Below are positions 59,397 through 64,000 of a DNA stretch of 64,000 nt, piece by piece. A model generated the notes under the pieces. It saw nothing but the letters and a program-made list of their open reading frames with translations. It made no database searches and was not told the origin of the DNA. Position 1 is the stretch's first letter. Every line of letters begins with the position of its first letter. The position numbers and the translations under genes are program-made. The DNA is from Nibricoccus sp. (lineage in GTDB: Bacteria; Verrucomicrobiota; Verrucomicrobiia; Opitutales; Opitutaceae). The stretch lies in contig JASGHG010000001.1 of the NCBI GenBank assembly GCA_047602425.1, positions 1,440,001 through 1,504,000 on the forward strand, written 5' to 3'.

Positions 59397-60083
59397 ATGA
59401 AATTCAAAAACCTGTTCCTACCTCTTACCCTCGCGGCGCTTTTAAGCGGTCCGCTTCTGCGGGCCGATAATATCTCAGCACTCTTCACGTCGACGAGCGA
59501 TCCGTCGGCATGGACCGTGAGCGTCAATCAATCGGGCGTCGATACCGGCAACGATGCATCGAGATTTCTCACCGGCGCCGAGGATTTCCAAAGCGCGGTC
59601 AAGATCGTCGGCCGCGCCGACTATATTGCCAGCAACTCGACGGGCACAACGGGCAGTTATGTTGGCGATTACACTCAGTTCGTGTTTCGCCAGACGTTTG
59701 ACCTGACGGGTTACGATGCGGCCACCGTTAATTTGACTTTTCAATGGGCCGCCGACGACACGGGCGAAGGTTTTGCCCAACGAGGAACTTGGCTGAATCG
59801 CTTCACCTTGAACGGTGGCGCGTTCCTGGGCGTCGATTCGGGTGGATACTACAATTACGACCCGAATAAAATTGTACAGTTGTCGAGCGGGTTTGTCGCG
59901 GGCCTGAACACCATCGACTTCTATGTGCAAGGCAACGGCGTCACCGATGGTTTCGAACTCCGCGTGTTGAATGCGGAGGCAAATGCCACGGGTACGACGG
60001 TCCCTGACGGTGGCGCAACGATCGCAATGCTCGGCTGCGTTCTCCTCGGACTGATCGCGGGTCGTCGTCGTCTCACAAGCTGA
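59397..60083 (+). CDS. VPDSG-CTERM/PEP-CTERM-type exosortase target protein
   Basis: Signal peptide; C-terminus VPDGGATIAMLGCVLLGLIAGRRRL. Confidence 0.88.
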   Translation: MKFKNLFLPLTLAALLSGPLLRADNISALFTSTSDPSAWTVSVNQSGVDTGNDASRFLTGAEDFQSAVKIVGRADYIASNSTGTTGSYVGDYTQFVFRQTFDLTGYDAATVNLTFQWAADDTGEGFAQRGTWLNRFTLNGGAFLGVDSGGYYNYDPNKIVQLSSGFVAGLNTIDFYVQGNGVTDGFELRVLNAEANATGTTVPDGGATIAMLGCVLLGLIAGRRRLTS

Positions 60084-60105
60084 GAACTTTCAAGTTTTAG
60101 ATTTC

Positions 60106-60134
60106 AGCTCACCTCACAAGAGGTGAGCTTTTTT
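60106..60134 (+). terminator. Intrinsic terminator
   Basis: AGCTCACCTC-ACAA-GAGGTGAGCT followed by a T run. Confidence 0.85.
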
Positions 60135-60269
60135 CATGTCTGCGCTCCAGCGAAGGAAGCGCGCCCGGCGCTGACTCGACCAGTGTCGCCGGGTTACCTT
60201 GAACCTATCAAAATAACCCAGCGATATCGTAGATAGATTGTTGGATATAACTTAGACGACCAAACCAAC

Positions 60270-61673
60270 TCACTCCGCCAAAAGTTTTTTCCAGCGGGCG
60301 AATTGTTTTTTCGTCTGGGCCTTGCCGGGCATGCCGGTGCCGGTGCGCTTCGCGGTCGCGTGATCGAGATCGAAGACTTTAACCCAGTCGGAGCCGAATT
60401 CCTTGTGCACGGATTGCACTTCCTCTAGCGGAAGGTTGTTGAGCTTCACCGAGAGTTTTTCGGCGATCTTCACCACCGCGCCAACAGCGTGATGCGCCTC
60501 GCGGAAGGGTACGCCTTTGTTCACGAGGTAGTCGGCGAGGTCCGTCGCGAGCAACGCGGGATCGCTCACGGCTTCGGCGCAATGCGACCGGTTCACCATC
60601 AGGCCGGCAATCGTGCCGGCGAGCACATCGGCGCACATCGCCGTTTGGTCGAAACTGTCGAAGACCGGCGGTTTGTCCTCCTGCAAGTCGCGATTATAAG
60701 TCAGCGGCAGGCCCTTCGCGAGCGTGAGCAACGTGTGCAGGTTGCCTTGCAGGCGGGCGGATTTTCCGCGGAGGAGTTCGCACGAGTCGGGATTTTTCTT
60801 CTGCGGCATCAAACTCGATCCCGTGCAAAATGCATCGGGCAGTTCGATGAATTTAAATTCCGCGCTCATCCACAAAATCAGGTCCTCGGCGATGCGCGAC
60901 ATATGAATGCCGAACAAGGCGCAAGCACCAGCGAACTCGATGAAAATGTCGCGGTCAGCCACGGCGTCCATGGAGTTTTGCGTGACCTGAGGACGGCCTT
61001 TCGCATCGACAAAGCCGAGCAGCGTCGCGGCGTACTCGCGGTCGATCGGGAGCGTGGTGCCGGCAATCGCGCCGGAACCGAGCGGACACCAGTTGGCGTG
61101 CGCGGCGACTTCGGAAAAGCGGGCGCGGTCGCGTTCCAGCATTTCGAGATAGGCGAAAAAGTGGTGGGCGAAATAAACGGGTTGCGCGCGTTGCAGGTGC
61201 GTGTAGCCAGGGACCAGCACGTCGGCGTTGGCCTCCGCCACCGCGAGGATCGCGCGTTGGGCAGCGGCAATTTTGCCGGAGATGACGTTGCAGGCGTACT
61301 TGAAAAACAGCCGCATGTCGGTGGCGATTTGGTCGTTCCGGCTGCGTGCGGTGTGCAGGCGGGCGGCAGCGGGAACACGTTTGGTCAACGCCTGCTCAAT
61401 GTTCATATGAACGTCTTCGAGCTTCGTGTCCCAGGTGAAATTGCCCGCCTCGATCTCGGCAAGAATGGCGTCGAGGCCGGTGTGAATCGCGTCACGTTCC
61501 TTGGCCGTAATGATTCCGACATGGGCAAGCATGGCGGCGTGAGCCTTGCTGCCTTGGATGTCGAATGGCGCGAGGCGTTGGTCGAACGAAACCGATTCGC
61601 TGAACGCGAGCATCAGATCGGCAGGTCCGGCGGAGAAACGTCCGCCCCAGGTCGCTTGTGAGGGTTTGGCCAT
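60270..61673 (-). CDS. argH: Argininosuccinate lyase
   Basis: [37 protein letters not shown] motifs. Confidence 0.97.
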   Translation of the reverse strand: MAKPSQATWGGRFSAGPADLMLAFSESVSFDQRLAPFDIQGSKAHAAMLAHVGIITAKERDAIHTGLDAILAEIEAGNFTWDTKLEDVHMNIEQALTKRVPAAARLHTARSRNDQIATDMRLFFKYACNVISGKIAAAQRAILAVAEANADVLVPGYTHLQRAQPVYFAHHFFAYLEMLERDRARFSEVAAHANWCPLGSGAIAGTTLPIDREYAATLLGFVDAKGRPQVTQNSMDAVADRDIFIEFAGACALFGIHMSRIAEDLILWMSAEFKFIELPDAFCTGSSLMPQKKNPDSCELLRGKSARLQGNLHTLLTLAKGLPLTYNRDLQEDKPPVFDSFDQTAMCADVLAGTIAGLMVNRSHCAEAVSDPALLATDLADYLVNKGVPFREAHHAVGAVVKIAEKLSVKLNNLPLEEVQSVHKEFGSDWVKVFDLDHATAKRTGTGMPGKAQTKKQFARWKKLLAE

Positions 61674-62159
61674 GGCGGATAAATGACGCAGCCGACTATC
61701 CCGGGGCAACGCTTTTTAAGCTACTGCGCAAGCCGCGAAAGATTCCTGCAAAGTAAAACGGACACCCTCCGGCGATGGCGCCCGTTTTCTCATTACGGGA
61801 TCAGCTCTGTGCCGAACCGGTTGTAATCGGCCGCGCAACTCTGCCCATGGCCGCCACGCATGCAACGTCGGCCGATATGCGCATCTCGCGCCCGAATTCG
61901 ATCAGAAACTCGGCCCTTCGACCCTAAGGTTTTTGGGCTCTCCGGATCTCATTACTCTTTATAGAACAGCAATTAGAACACCTCTGTATCCACACTGACA
62001 GTACGAACAAGTTTCCTTTCAGACACGTATCCCGGCGGCTTAAGCCCACGCCCAAAAAGCCGATAGGTAGTACATCCTTTTAACATTTCCCGCCGTGCTC
62101 AGCTCCGCCCTCCGGATGGAGCCGCATGTGTGCATCGATTCACCATCCCTTCCCCTCTC

Positions 62160-64000
62160 ATGCGCAAAGTCCAAACGAAGTTGATCGTCCTCAGCATCGC
62201 AGCGATCTCCTGTGTCGTTTGTTTCGCAGGCCTGTTCTTTTACTCGGTCTATCGAGACTACAGCAAACTTTCGGACTTTCAGCAAACCACCCAAGTTTCC
62301 GCCGCCGCGTCCGAACTCGCCAGTAATCTCACGATCGAGCGCCAAACCGCCTATTCCACCGCGTGTTTTCTCGGTGACGAATCCCCGGCGAAACAGCTCG
62401 AGGCCTATCAAGCGCGCATTCAAGCGTCTCAAAGCAGCCTCACGAAACTCCAAACCTTGGCCAAGGCGAACGACGCCATCTTTTCCGATCGTTTCCGCAC
62501 CGGAATCAAAAATGCCATCGAAGCCGAGGCGGGCCTCAACTCGTTGCGCAAAGACATTCTCGACCCTACGCGCCCTCAGGAACGCAACGCCGAGTCGCCG
62601 TTGAAGACCCGCGCCCTCAAAACCTACGACGTCGCACTTCTCACCCAGGCCAATCTTCTTCCGCTCGTTTCCAACGAAAGCGACGACGCCGAACTCGTCC
62701 GCCGTATCGTGACGCAGGACAATCTCGCCCGCTTCCAAAAGGATATGTGGAAGCTGAAAGGCCTCATTGCCTCCGTGATTCGCACCAGCAAGGTCAGCGA
62801 AACCGCTCTCGGTGAAATCAAAACCAAACTCGTCAATATCGACGAACAAGTTGCCCGCCTGAACAGTTTCGCCGATCCCGCGGTCAGCGTCGCCGTCCAG
62901 CAACTCGTCAACAGTCCCGACTTTACCCGGATCGTCGCCATGGCCAATCGCTGCGTCGCCCTCGGCACGAAAGCGACCGATTTCAGCGAATTCGGCGACT
63001 ACAACAGTTACATGGCCGGTTTGAATATCCAGATCGAAGCCCCGTTCAATGCCCTCATCGCCCTCGGTTCCCACCAAGTCGATACCTACACGGCCAAGCG
63101 ACTCGCCTCCGGCCGCATCAACTTAATCCTCCTCGGCAGTTTCAGCGTGGTCGCCGTAATCGGCATCTCCCTTTTTATTCTTTATATCGCCCGCACCATA
63201 ACCCGTCCCCTCTTGAGTGTGAGCACCGCGCTCGGCGAAACCGCCGCCAACGCCAACCAATCCGCCCAAGCCATCAATCATTCCAGCAATCAGCTGAGTA
63301 ACGACGCCTGCGAACAAGCCGCCGCACTCGAGGAAATTTCCGCATCGATGAACGAACTCGCCAGCATGAACGAGTCGACGCAAACCCACATGAAAAAAAT
63401 GGCCTCCATGGCTACGGAAGCCATGGAATCGACGGCGCGCGGTACCAAAAACGTCGAGGAACTCACCGCCGCCCTCGTCGATATTCAAAAGTCCACCGCC
63501 GACGTCGCCTCCATCCTTAAGACGATCGACGAAATCGCCTTTCAAACCAACATTCTCGCGCTCAACGCCGCCATCGAAGCCGCCCGTGCCGGTGAAGCCG
63601 GAGCTGGGTTCGCTGTCGTCGCGGAAGAAGTGCGCAGCCTAGCTGCCCGCTCCGCCCAAGCCGCCCGCGAGACCGCGACAAAAATCGAATCCGCCGTCAA
63701 AAACAGCACGCACGGCAGCGATCTCGGCCAACGCGCCGAAAAACGGTTCTCCCAGATCTCCACCATCACGTCCGAGTATCACAAGATCGTGCGGGAAGTG
63801 GAGCTTGCCGCTCAACAAACCGCGGAAGGACTCGGTCAGGTCAACGCCGCCATCCAAAAGGTCGATCAAATCACCCAACGCACCGCTGGAGCCGCCGAAG
63901 AAAATGCCAGCGCTTCCACCGAGATGCGCTCCCAAGTCGAACATGTTTTCGAATACATCAAGGAACTCGAAGCCATGGTCATTTCCGAGAACCAAACGGG
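62160..64000 (+). CDS. Methyl-accepting chemotaxis protein (3' truncated by window; absent from the ORF track)
   Basis: Own translation: [16 protein letters not shown].. TM, periplasmic domain, second TM, then [37 protein letters not shown]. Confidence 0.93.
   Translation, partial: MRKVQTKLIVLSIAAISCVVCFAGLFFYSVYRDYSKLSDFQQTTQVSAAASELASNLTIERQTAYSTACFLGDESPAKQLEAYQARIQASQSSLTKLQTLAKANDAIFSDRFRTGIKNAIEAEAGLNSLRKDILDPTRPQERNAESPLKTRALKTYDVALLTQANLLPLVSNESDDAELVRRIVTQDNLARFQKDMWKLKGLIASVIRTSKVSETALGEIKTKLVNIDEQVARLNSFADPAVSVAVQQLVNSPDFTRIVAMANRCVALGTKATDFSEFGDYNSYMAGLNIQIEAPFNALIALGSHQVDTYTAKRLASGRINLILLGSFSVVAVIGISLFILYIARTITRPLLSVSTALGETAANANQSAQAINHSSNQLSNDACEQAAALEEISASMNELASMNESTQTHMKKMASMATEAMESTARGTKNVEELTAALVDIQKSTADVASILKTIDEIAFQTNILALNAAIEAARAGEAGAGFAVVAEEVRSLAARSAQAARETATKIESAVKNSTHGSDLGQRAEKRFSQISTITSEYHKIVREVELAAQQTAEGLGQVNAAIQKVDQITQRTAGAAEENASASTEMRSQVEHVFEYIKELEAMVISENQT

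Noticed and set aside
61680..62159. Riboswitch or ncRNA upstream of the MCP
   Set aside because: No recognisable c-di-GMP or other aptamer consensus; only short TAGAACA direct repeats of unclear meaning.

Overview
This is a GC-rich bacterial chromosome segment, most consistent with Verrucomicrobiota (Opitutae-like). The basis is a VPDxG-CTERM protein, a double-length UvrA and the zwf-opcA-pgl operon. Most of the window is housekeeping and carbohydrate or iron metabolism: an iron-uptake-type cluster (TonB receptor end, two PepSY-TM proteins, AraC), uvrA with a frameshift, terC, rhaB divergent from lutABC, zwf-opcA-pgl, an ECF sigma operon, GH28, smc, gcvTH, purA, a hybrid kinase, glgP, mutL, argH and a truncated MCP. 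Two accessory loci stand out. The first is a lower-GC C-protein/Dcm-like MTase/EcoRII-like REase/Vsr operon with a recognisable C-box. The second is an integrase-less integron cassette array (attI-like site, two cassettes). Its first attC is split by an IS110-family element whose long downstream non-coding end folds into a two-loop bridge/seek-RNA-like structure with guide matches to that attC. Each accessory locus is directly adjacent to an unexplained ~400-bp array of about 19 degenerate, indel-free 21-bp units, and one array has stops in all six frames. Several palindromic and heptamer repeat families also occur, some inserted in frame into uvrA, smc and pepSY. MutL has lost its canonical endonuclease metal ligands. 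All calls come from reading the sequence; no database search was run.
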